From Candidatus Poribacteria bacterium (GTDB lineage: Bacteria > Poribacteria > WGA-4E > WGA-3G), in NCBI GenBank assembly GCA_965215265.1, contig OZ244048.1:3008001-3072000 (forward strand): a stretch of DNA of 64,000 bases. Reading direction: 5' to 3'. Each line of letters starts with the position of its first letter. The stretch's first letter is position 1. Under the pieces are notes generated by a model. That model was not told the origin of the DNA. It saw nothing but the letters and a program-made list of their open reading frames with translations, and did no database searches. Of this stretch, positions 28,048 through 36,492 are shown one piece after another. The position numbers and the translations under genes were made by a program.

Positions 28048-29079
28048 ATGAAAGAGATTAAGGTAGGTATTATTGGTTGCGGTGGCATTGCCGGTGGGAA
28101 ACACCTCCCTGGCCATCAAAGTGTCAAAGGTGTTTCTATCATTGCTGCGTGCGACATTGACGGTGCAAGGGCCAAAGCCTTCGCTGAAAAACATCAGATT
28201 CGGCACGTCTTCACCGATTACGAGAAGTTAGTTGAAATGGATGAAATTGACGCGGTGAGTGTTTGCACGCCAAACAACTTTCATGCAGGTCCGACTATTG
28301 CCGCCTTGAATGCGGGGAAGCACGTGCTATGCGAAAAGCCGATTGCTGGGAACGCAATCGATGGACAAGCCATGGTAGATGCGCAGAAAGCAAGTGACGA
28401 GCTCGTGCTACAAATTGGACTACAATCCCGATTCCGTGCGGAGTCTCGTACACTTCGTAAACTGTATGATGAAGGGTTCTTCGGTGATATCTACTATGCG
28501 CGCGCGATGGCAGTGCGCAGGCGTGGTGTGCCGGCATCGCCATCGTTTCTGAGTAAAGCAATCGCCGGGGGCGGTCCGCTCATTGATATTGGTGTCCATA
28601 TCTTAGATGTATTACTTTGGATGATAGGCTGTCCCAAACCGGTTGAGGCGTTTGGGATGACAGCAAAGAAATTCGGAAATAGAGAGAATGTCATCAACCC
28701 TTGGGGCAAATGGGACCCTGAGGCATTTGAGGTTGAGGATTTCGCGATGGGGACTATCCTGTTTGAAGGGGGATTGACGGTGACGCTTGAAACCGCGTGG
28801 GCAACCCATATTTCGAACATCGGTGGTACCTTCTTTATGGGCGATTTGGCAGGCGCGACATACGAACCTCTGCAGATTTACCGTGATAAACAGGACGAAA
28901 TGGTTAATTACACACCAGAACTTCTTAAGAGGTTACCGGGGGAATTTGAATCATTTCACACTGCAATTCGGGACGGTCTACCATCCCCGGTCCCGGCGGA
29001 AGAGGTGTTGAACGTGGCAAAAATCTTTGACGCGCTCTATGAATCTGCTAAGCTCGGCCGCTCGGTACCCATTGTTTAG
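28048..29079 (+). CDS. Gfo/Idh/MocA family oxidoreductase
   Basis: IIGCGGIA, HVLCEKP, GGGPLIDIGVH. Confidence 0.9.
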   Translation: MKEIKVGIIGCGGIAGGKHLPGHQSVKGVSIIAACDIDGARAKAFAEKHQIRHVFTDYEKLVEMDEIDAVSVCTPNNFHAGPTIAALNAGKHVLCEKPIAGNAIDGQAMVDAQKASDELVLQIGLQSRFRAESRTLRKLYDEGFFGDIYYARAMAVRRRGVPASPSFLSKAIAGGGPLIDIGVHILDVLLWMIGCPKPVEAFGMTAKKFGNRENVINPWGKWDPEAFEVEDFAMGTILFEGGLTVTLETAWATHISNIGGTFFMGDLAGATYEPLQIYRDKQDEMVNYTPELLKRLPGEFESFHTAIRDGLPSPVPAEEVLNVAKIFDALYESAKLGRSVPIV

Positions 29080-29117
29080 TTTTTCTCTTCGCTGTCTGGC
29101 AAGGCGGGTAGCGGATA

Positions 29118-29513
29118 TCAATTCTGCTGATAATTGGCATGAACGACTGTCTTAATTCCGCCACGGATGTTAAACTGGCCGATAACCTCTGCAGATCTGG
29201 GTTGACATGCGGCAATGAAATCTTCAAGTACTTTGTTTACGACGTGCTCATGAAAGATCCCGACATCCCGATAAAAAAGGAAATACTCCTTCAACGATTT
29301 GAGTTCAACGCAGTGCCGGTCTGGTATATAATTAATTCGGATTGTTGCAAAATCGGGCAATCCTGTTTTGGGGCAAACAGTAGTAAACTCTAAGCTTGTA
29401 ATTTCAATGCTGTAATTTCGGTGACTATACAGATTTTCCCACGTCTCAATCTGGGGTGTTTGCAATTGCCGGATATGAGTCTGCAAATCGTTGTAACTAG
29501 TGTTCTGGCTCAT
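29118..29513 (-). CDS. queF: preQ1 synthase (7-cyano-7-deazaguanine reductase, type I)
   Basis: EFTTVCPKTGLPDFA, VELKSLK, FHEH, RGGI. Confidence 0.95.
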   Translation of the reverse strand: MSQNTSYNDLQTHIRQLQTPQIETWENLYSHRNYSIEITSLEFTTVCPKTGLPDFATIRINYIPDRHCVELKSLKEYFLFYRDVGIFHEHVVNKVLEDFIAACQPRSAEVIGQFNIRGGIKTVVHANYQQN

Positions 29514-29596
29514 TTAATTATCTCCTTCTAGCTATTATGTTTATTTTCCCCCGGTGGTGCCGCTTACAAAACGAGTTCACGGAATCTATAAGTAAA

Positions 29597-29623
29597 GAAA
29601 AGGCTTTACCAAAAAGCCTTTTC
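29597..29623 (-). terminator. 11-bp hairpin in the queF leader, possible attenuator
   Basis: GAAAAGGCTTT-ACCAA-AAAGCCTTTTC, followed on the minus strand by a U-rich run. Confidence 0.4.
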
Positions 29624-29916
29624 CAGAGGTGGCGGTGCAATTCACGAACAAGGAGATACACACGTAAATAAATGATGGGACGCTGGCAATTCCTGTTCCG
29701 TATGTTGTAGGCACCTGCACTTGTCGGATTTTTGGGTTTTACCTCATAGATTTTCCACTTTAATAGTGGTAATTTCTTTACCGATATGATACCTTAAACC
29801 TCACCTAAGATGCAAATTTTTCAGATTAACGCGCGGGCGTTTCATCGCCTGCTTAGAAAGGCATCAGAATGCGCGAGGAATACGAAGAAAGTTAGGAGAT
29901 TTAAAGAAAGGACATC

Positions 29917-29960
29917 ATGAAATTGACAACACATCAGATTAATTTTTTCGAGATGTTCAG
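29917..29960 (+). pseudogene. N-terminal fragment of a PhyH-like dioxygenase gene
   Basis: AAAGGA SD then MKLTTHQINFFEMF, resembling PhyH starts (compare MKLTQQQCDIFRTKG at 50767); similarity is then lost. Confidence 0.5.
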
Positions 29961-30089
29961 CTCCCTGATGCGCGTGTCATCAACCTGCGGTGCGAGAGTG
30001 CTTATCGCGATAAACTGGACTTGGAACGGCGTTCGCCAGTGCAAGCCATCACCGCAGTGAGCTCTAAGTTAAACTAAACTAACCTAACC

Positions 30090-30128
30090 AGGGGCAGCCA
30101 CCCTCACAAGTGGTTGCCCCTAATTTTT
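30090..30128 (+). terminator. Rho-independent terminator
   Basis: AGGGGCAGCCAC-8 nt-GTGGTTGCCCCT followed by AATTTTTT. Confidence 0.75.
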
Positions 30129-30203
30129 TGCTTTGGATAGATGGCTCTGCTTTTGTGCCGGAAAATCCGATGCCACGGTGCGAGTCAAAACGTGAAGGTT
30201 GCC

Positions 30204-30233
30204 TTGACAAAATAATAGGGAGGCTGCTATACT
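30204..30233 (+). promoter_or_regulatory. Sigma70-type promoter of the rpn-like gene
   Basis: TTGACA-18 nt-TATACT with TG extension. Confidence 0.65.
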
Positions 30234-30266
30234 TTATTATGAGAAGTGAAGCGCCTAAGCAGATAG

Positions 30267-31388
30267 ATGAGGCAAACTACCGCACCAGAGACATCCAAAG
30301 AAACACAAAGCAAACGCAAACTCTGGGACCCTTTCTTCAAAGAGTTCCTCGCGCTGCCCTTCTCTGGGCTGGGTGCCTCTATCCAGACAGAGATAGAAGT
30401 GAACCAGTTGCCGCAGCGTATAGATGCACTCGCTCTCCTCGAAAGCGCCGCAGCCCGGGCGAGAGTGCATGCGAATCCGCTGCTCTCTTACTTACGCACG
30501 TATAATCTGTTCGAGTTCAAAGGGCAGAACGATCCGTTGAATGAATCGGCGTATCACCGGATTTGTATGCGTGCGCGTGGTTATCTCGCAGATAAGCAGG
30601 TGCCTGCAACCGAGTTAACCCTGACGATAGTGTCGTCTCGGACGCCGCGGGTGCTGCTCCCCCGTCCGCCTTTTGGGGAGCCGTGGGAGCCATTGGCGGC
30701 GGGGCATTATCGGGTGATGGATGGCGTGCCGGTGCATCTGTTGGTTTGCAATGAAGTGGAGTTGGTTGCACCGAATTATTGGTTGCTGCTGTTTGCGTCG
30801 TCGCAGAAACAGTTTCGTGCGTTCCTGCGGCGTGTGATAACAGAAGAGAATAAGTTATATTTTGACTCCGCGTTGTATTTGCAGCCGGAAGTCACGGAGG
30901 AGGTTTGTGAAATGGAAGGCCGTCAAGATTTCTTTCAGAGTCGTCTTCGCGAAGTCGCGACGACTTTAGGTCCGAAGCTGCTGTCGGCGCTGAGCTCGTC
31001 GGATAGGCTGGCTCTGTTGAATGCGATGCCCGCGGCAGAACGTGCGGATATATTGGCGAGTCTACCCGCGGCAGAACGTGCGGATATGTTGGCGAGTCTA
31101 CCCGCGGCAGAACGTGCGGATATGTTGGCGAGTCTACCCGCCGCAGAACGTGCGGGTATGTTGGCGAGTTTACCCGCGGCAGAACGTGCGGATATGTTGG
31201 CGAGTCTACCCGCCGCAGAACGGGCCGATATGTTAGCACGCCTGAGTCCCGATGAGCGCGTCGAAGGGCTCAGCCCCGATGAGCGGTTAGCCGGACTTCG
31301 CCCGGAGGAGATTCGGAATTTATCTCCGGAGGTGCGTGCAGAACTCGTCCGGCAGCTGGTGGCAGCTGACAACCACACTGACACGTAA
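30267..31388 (+). CDS. Rpn/YhgA-like PD-(D/E)XK nuclease-fold protein with C-terminal helical tandem repeats
   Basis: WDPFFKE start, RIDAL...LFEFKG catalytic-like motif, LSPDERLAGL-type C-terminal repeats, internal GGAGGAGG-8 nt-ATG. Confidence 0.6.
   Translation: MRQTTAPETSKETQSKRKLWDPFFKEFLALPFSGLGASIQTEIEVNQLPQRIDALALLESAAARARVHANPLLSYLRTYNLFEFKGQNDPLNESAYHRICMRARGYLADKQVPATELTLTIVSSRTPRVLLPRPPFGEPWEPLAAGHYRVMDGVPVHLLVCNEVELVAPNYWLLLFASSQKQFRAFLRRVITEENKLYFDSALYLQPEVTEEVCEMEGRQDFFQSRLREVATTLGPKLLSALSSSDRLALLNAMPAAERADILASLPAAERADMLASLPAAERADMLASLPAAERAGMLASLPAAERADMLASLPAAERADMLARLSPDERVEGLSPDERLAGLRPEEIRNLSPEVRAELVRQLVAADNHTDT
31029..31244 (+). repeat. Six 36-bp tandem repeats encoding PAAERADMLASL
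   Basis: CCCGCGGCAGAACGTGCGGATATGTTGGCGAGTCTA units with few SNPs, in frame. Confidence 0.95.
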
Positions 31389-31473
31389 CGGAGAGGCACC
31401 GAACCTTGATATTCGCTCGCAGGTCTACCTGCGGACATCAGTGGAGATTTTACAAATGGCAAAGAAACAGAGC

Positions 31474-31607
31474 TCTGGCCCTAGTGCCTCTACCCAGACA
31501 GAGGAAGTGAACCGGTTGCTGGAGACTATAGATGGACTGTTATCCTCGAAAGTGCGGAGGCACGCGCGAGAATGCGTGCCAACCCGCTGCTCTCTTACTT
31601 ACGGACA
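31474..31607 (+). pseudogene. Decayed 5' fragment of a second rpn-like paralogue
   Basis: Aligns to 30363-30500: SGPSASTQTE-EVNRLLETIDGL then, after a 1-nt deletion, ILESAEARARMRANPLLSYLRT. Confidence 0.8.
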
Positions 31608-31863
31608 CGATACGTATCATGCTTCCTATGGTGGTGGAAAGCGCCGGCGGATGTTCACGATGAATTGCACGACAGAACCTGATTTAGAAACATTGCATCA
31701 ATATGTGAGCATCCACTCGCTTGGTGGGTACCAAATTAAGACGGGCACCGGCATGTATTTCCCAGCTATGGTTGATACGGCTGACGACACTCGCAAGCGG
31801 CATCTCCAGCAATGCAGTGAGATTCATGATGCACTGTTTCCTCAGTATGCACGACATTCCTAA
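31606..31863 (+). pseudogene. C-terminal fragment of a PhyH-like dioxygenase gene
   Basis: HDTYHASYGGGKRRRMFTMN resembles the distal His and 2OG-binding Arg region of PhyH proteins. Confidence 0.55.
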
Positions 31864-31997
31864 TTGTTGCCTACAAAAGCGATAAGGCTTATTTGGCAGA
31901 AAGGTTCTGGTGTACATCTCGCTAGCGTTGTTCTGTCCGGGGTAAGAGCCTTTCGTGCTTACAGAAGCCTGAAGGCAAAGCTAATAGGACATTTTTG

Positions 31998-32026
31998 TTG
32001 CAATCTCCGATATTTTGTAGTATACT
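31998..32026 (+). promoter_or_regulatory. Sigma70-type promoter of the sppA operon
   Basis: TTGCAA-17 nt-TATACT. Confidence 0.55.
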
Positions 32027-32053
32027 AATAATAGACGTTCTAAATTTAGCGAA

Positions 32054-34630
32054 GTGTCTAATGTCCTGAGTGTATTTATGGTTTCATCTTTTTTCTGCAA
32101 AACAACTTGCCGGCCTGGAAAGCGTTTCTGGTGTATTCACAAGTCCATATTATATAACAAATCTTTTAGGAACAATAAAGCCAATTTGACAAGCAAGTCC
32201 CTATGCCTATCTCCCTATCTGCTTGGTATTGGTATAGCATGCCTTTGTTACTTTATGGCATTTAGTGTGCTGCTTGGCAGCACGTATGCCTCAACCCACC
32301 CAAAGGTGCGCACGCACTTACCGTCAAGCTCAGTCGCGATGAGCGACGATGCCTTGGCGACCTTTTTTAATCCAGCCGGATTAGGTACAGGCCGTGCGTT
32401 GAATTTATACTACCTGCGAACATACGAGAGTGATTGGGGCGGTGGCGATGATGCGTTTTTCATCGCCCTACCGGGCAGTGGTTTCAGCATGGAATTTGCC
32501 ACAGTAGGGCATGACATTGAATTTACGCGCTATAACCTTTCCACCGGTTGGCATCTAGGGAGCGCCGTCTACTGGGGTACTGCCTATAGTTGGATAAATT
32601 CTGATGATAAAACCTACGATAGATTCCGTTCTGTGTCTCTCGGTTTGATGTACCGTCGCCGTTACTTTTCCCTAGGGGCAATCGCTCGAAATCTGAATCG
32701 CCCGAAATTGCTGGACGAAAAACTTGGGCGGACATACGAACTCGGCATGGCAATTCGCCCTGGCACATGGCGTACGACTCTTTCTGTTGATATGCACAAG
32801 ACGCAAGGCTTAAAAGGAGTTGACTTCCAATATGCCCTTGAGTTACGCCCAATTCGCGAATTGATGGTACGCGGTACTTTCAACAGTAACCGGAGTTTTG
32901 ATGTCCGTTTCGGTGTCAACATAGGAAATTGGGGTGTCGGTACAGATAATCGCTTTGCTGACAACGGGGACACTCAGGCAGGCGTTGGTTATTTTCAGTT
33001 TTCGAACGCTCCCAAAACCAGGCGCATTCCGCGGAGACGCATGTTTCTCGATCTGTCTATGGGTTCCCTAGACCAAATATTGCGCATCGCAAAAACGGAT
33101 GCAGAAGTTAGCGGTGTTCTGATCCGGATTAATGGAAGTGGTTACGGTATGGGGCGGCTCCAAGAAATGCGGGATGCTATCATAGATTTCAAGGAGTCAG
33201 GGCGTGTGGTTATCTGCTATTTATCCAACTGTTCCACTGGGGATTACATCGTTGCATCAGCGTGTGATCTGATTCTGATGCATCCTTCAGCAGAGCTGAG
33301 GTTCATCGGTTTGCGTGCAGAACGTTCCTTCTACAAAGGTGCCTTGGATATGCTCGGTATCAGAGCTGACCTTGAGCATATCGGGGAATATAAATCGGCT
33401 TCAGAAGCATATACACAGCGTGAGATGTCTGAAGTACATCGAGAAATTCAGAACGTTATCCTTGATGATCTTTATGAGCAATTGGTAACGACTATAGCCA
33501 CAAACCGGGGATTGTCCGTAGAAATCGTCAAAAACCGGGTTGACCGGGGCCCCTACACAGCGAAAGAAGCTTTCGCTGCAAAGCTAGTCGATCGGGTTCT
33601 CTATGAAGATGAATTATTGGATATTGTCACACAACTGACAGATGCTTCCACTGATTTGATAACGCGTGGAGAGTACGCCAACAGTGGGTTCTACGTCCAA
33701 AATTGGCAGGTCCCACGTCCGAAAGTCGCTATTATTGAGGCTGAAGGCTTAATGGTGACAGGTGATAGTTTTGTAGATCCGCTTATTGGCACTCAGGTCA
33801 TGGGTTCGGATACAATTGCCCGGGCTATTCGTCAAGTTCGGGATGATGATGGAATCAAAGCGGTTGTGCTACGGATTGACAGTGGGGGCGGTCTTGTCGT
33901 TGCAGCAGATATCTTATGGCGTGAACTGGTGCAGCTCGTGCAGGTAAAACCGCTGATAGTTTCAATGGCGGATGTGGCTGCATCAGGTGGATATTACATT
34001 GCAGCACCGGCAGATGTAATTGTTGCAGAACCTGGAACGATTACAGGTTCAATTGGCGTTATCGGTGGCAAGTATAGTTTGAAAGGACTTTATGAAAAAC
34101 TCGGAATCAGAAAAGAGATCCTTAAACGGGGCGCGCATGCAGACTTTTATACTGATTACGGTGATTATCCACCGGCAGAACAAGAAATTGTCCAGAGACA
34201 AATCGCAGAAATTTATGACAATTTCATTACAAAAGTGGCGCTCGGAAGAGCAGAATTAACGAAGGATGACGTAGATCGACTTGGACAAGGGCGTATCTGG
34301 ACCGGCAGACAGGCAAAGGCGAATGGACTTGTTGATGAGCTCGGGGGATTAAGTCATGCGCTCGCTATTGCGCAAGAAAAGGCAGGACTGCAGAAAAAGG
34401 TTGTTGAGATTGTACTGCTTCCGAAGCAGACCTGGCTATCCCAATTCCTCAGCAACTATCGGCTCATATTCAATGGAGTAGGAGCGTCGCAAACCGTACG
34501 AGCCGGAGGAATTGGTGGAACAAGAATTTTATCACAATTCCTGACAGAAGGCAGCTCGAAATTACTAAACATTATTAGAAAACATAGGCTTTTTCTCCTG
34601 GTGCCGTATCATGTGGAGGTAGGCGATTAA
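32054..34630 (+). CDS. sppA: Signal peptide peptidase SppA (S49, tandem domains) with an N-terminal beta-barrel-like domain; exact start uncertain
   Basis: GEYKSASE, LRIDSGGG, VSMADVAASGGYYIA, TITGSIGV, GRIWTG; N-terminus SDDALATFFNPAGL plus amphipathic beta strands. Confidence 0.85.
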   Translation: MSNVLSVFMVSSFFCKTTCRPGKRFWCIHKSILYNKSFRNNKANLTSKSLCLSPYLLGIGIACLCYFMAFSVLLGSTYASTHPKVRTHLPSSSVAMSDDALATFFNPAGLGTGRALNLYYLRTYESDWGGGDDAFFIALPGSGFSMEFATVGHDIEFTRYNLSTGWHLGSAVYWGTAYSWINSDDKTYDRFRSVSLGLMYRRRYFSLGAIARNLNRPKLLDEKLGRTYELGMAIRPGTWRTTLSVDMHKTQGLKGVDFQYALELRPIRELMVRGTFNSNRSFDVRFGVNIGNWGVGTDNRFADNGDTQAGVGYFQFSNAPKTRRIPRRRMFLDLSMGSLDQILRIAKTDAEVSGVLIRINGSGYGMGRLQEMRDAIIDFKESGRVVICYLSNCSTGDYIVASACDLILMHPSAELRFIGLRAERSFYKGALDMLGIRADLEHIGEYKSASEAYTQREMSEVHREIQNVILDDLYEQLVTTIATNRGLSVEIVKNRVDRGPYTAKEAFAAKLVDRVLYEDELLDIVTQLTDASTDLITRGEYANSGFYVQNWQVPRPKVAIIEAEGLMVTGDSFVDPLIGTQVMGSDTIARAIRQVRDDDGIKAVVLRIDSGGGLVVAADILWRELVQLVQVKPLIVSMADVAASGGYYIAAPADVIVAEPGTITGSIGVIGGKYSLKGLYEKLGIRKEILKRGAHADFYTDYGDYPPAEQEIVQRQIAEIYDNFITKVALGRAELTKDDVDRLGQGRIWTGRQAKANGLVDELGGLSHALAIAQEKAGLQKKVVEIVLLPKQTWLSQFLSNYRLIFNGVGASQTVRAGGIGGTRILSQFLTEGSSKLLNIIRKHRLFLLVPYHVEVGD

Positions 34631-34710
34631 AGGATACCGGTTCATCCTATCTCTAAGGGAGCAGAGTTGAGGGTTTCCTCACTCTTTGAAAATATAGCAG
34701 AACATCTGCA

Positions 34711-35427
34711 ATGCGTTTAACTAACGACTATTCAAAGCTAAGGCGAAAAATGGTTGAAAACCAGATAGAAAAGCGCGGTGTCCACACTCCGCAGATTCTT
34801 GCTGTTATGCGTAAAGTGCGGCGCCATCTTTTCGTCCAACCAGAGTACGTCAATTTTGCCTATACAGATCGTCCGTTACCTATTGCATCAAATCAGACAA
34901 TTTCGCAGCCGTATATTGTTGCCCTGATGACAGAGTTGCTTGAACTCACGTCCGATTCAAAAGTGCTTGAGATTGGCACAGGCTGTGGGTATCAAACGGC
35001 TGTTTTAGCAGAGCTTGCTGCGGAAGTCTATTCGATTGAAATTTTGGCGGAGCTTGCCAAAAGCGCGAAAACGAGATTAGAGACACTAGCTTATCAAAAT
35101 GTCCATCTGAGAGAGGGTAACGGGTATTATGGCTGGCCAGAAAATGCGCCGTATGACGCTATCCTTGTGACTGCGGCACCAAAGAAGGTGCCGGAACCAC
35201 TTATCCATCAGTTAGGTAAAGGCGGAAGATTAGTTATTCCGGTCGGTGATGATAACCAAAAACTTGTTTTGATTCAGAAAACGGCACCTCATAGTGTCAG
35301 CCTAAAAGAAGGTGATAAACAAACTTCTATATCTGCACTACCCTCTGTAGAAACGACAGAGATTTCTGCGGTTAGTTTCGTACCCATGACAGGTGCCCCC
35401 TCAGAAACTATCTTTCAAAGGAAATGA
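34711..35427 (+). CDS. pcm: Protein-L-isoaspartate O-methyltransferase
   Basis: QTISQPYIVA, VLEIGTGCGYQTA, APYDAILVTAA. Confidence 0.95.
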   Translation: MRLTNDYSKLRRKMVENQIEKRGVHTPQILAVMRKVRRHLFVQPEYVNFAYTDRPLPIASNQTISQPYIVALMTELLELTSDSKVLEIGTGCGYQTAVLAELAAEVYSIEILAELAKSAKTRLETLAYQNVHLREGNGYYGWPENAPYDAILVTAAPKKVPEPLIHQLGKGGRLVIPVGDDNQKLVLIQKTAPHSVSLKEGDKQTSISALPSVETTEISAVSFVPMTGAPSETIFQRK

Positions 35428-35428
35428 T

Positions 35429-36397
35429 ATGACACAACTGAGATACACACTTTATCTATTCCTACTTGTCTGGCTATTTTTTCCAGTTAGCACGTTCGCA
35501 GCGTTTAACGCTATCGGTATTGGGGCGAGACCCTTAGGACTTGGGGGTGCATTTGTCGCGCTTGCCGACGATAGCAACGCTGCAAGTTACAACCCTGCTG
35601 GGCTGGGTTACATAGATACTATCCACATAGGTGCGACGCACGCACAGCGCTTTAATGGGCTCATTACGTATAACACCGTTGCAGGAATTATGCCGCTCGG
35701 CCGTCTGGGTTCCATCGGCGCGAGTCTTGGGAGATTGGGTGAAGATTCCGAAATTTATCAAGAACAAACGCTGCGGTTCTCTTATGGAAAAGCCTTCCTC
35801 AAGCAATTTTCGATCGGTGCGAACTTGATACGTCTCGCCACCTCCTTTGATGAGACAAACGAATTCGTTTCCGAAAATCACTATTTCAGTCAAACCGCTA
35901 CCTCCGCCTTTTCAACAGATGTTGGTATAATTGCCAAACCTTTTACAGGTTTGAGTATTGGAGTCTCAGTGGAGAACCTACTACCTGCGAACCTGAACAT
36001 CTCTGAGTTAGACACAGATTCGGTGCCGCGAAATATTCGGGCAGGTGTGGCATATCGCTTAGAATCCATCGCTGCAATGAGCACGCAAGGCGAAGCTGTG
36101 AGTAATTTGTTGAAATCTAGCTTAGGTATTCTTGAGTTTGGGTTCCGAAATGGCGAAACCCATATCCGGACAGGTGCTGAGGTTTGGGTAAATAAAGCTA
36201 TCGCGATTCGAGGAGGTTACGTTGTGGCATCTAACAGTGAAGGCAGTATAGAATCTGCCTCGACGCTTGCACTCGGCGGAAGTGCTAAAATCCCGATTGG
36301 CGGCAACACACTTCAGATTGACTACGGATTCCAATTGCTTACCGGCACCTTTCAAGACAATACAACACAAAGGTTTTCAATTAATCTGTTATTCTGA
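35429..36397 (+). CDS. PorV/PorQ-like outer-membrane beta-barrel protein
   Basis: Signal peptide, GIGARPLGLGGAFVALADDSNAASYNPAGL, C-terminal Phe. Confidence 0.75.
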   Translation: MTQLRYTLYLFLLVWLFFPVSTFAAFNAIGIGARPLGLGGAFVALADDSNAASYNPAGLGYIDTIHIGATHAQRFNGLITYNTVAGIMPLGRLGSIGASLGRLGEDSEIYQEQTLRFSYGKAFLKQFSIGANLIRLATSFDETNEFVSENHYFSQTATSAFSTDVGIIAKPFTGLSIGVSVENLLPANLNISELDTDSVPRNIRAGVAYRLESIAAMSTQGEAVSNLLKSSLGILEFGFRNGETHIRTGAEVWVNKAIAIRGGYVVASNSEGSIESASTLALGGSAKIPIGGNTLQIDYGFQLLTGTFQDNTTQRFSINLLF

Positions 36398-36492
36398 AAT
36401 TTATCAACAATCTGTGACTGCGACAGAAAAAAGTCTATATGTTGTCCCAATCTATCAGGGGCAGCCCTTACTTATAGGGAAACGAAAACGGT

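Noticed and set aside
31029-31244. 36-bp repeats as a CRISPR array
   Set aside because: Units are head-to-tail with no spacers and are in frame within a CDS
31336-31863. 175-aa ORF as a normal gene
   Set aside because: Overlaps the rpn-like 3' end and is a mosaic of rpn and phyH remnants
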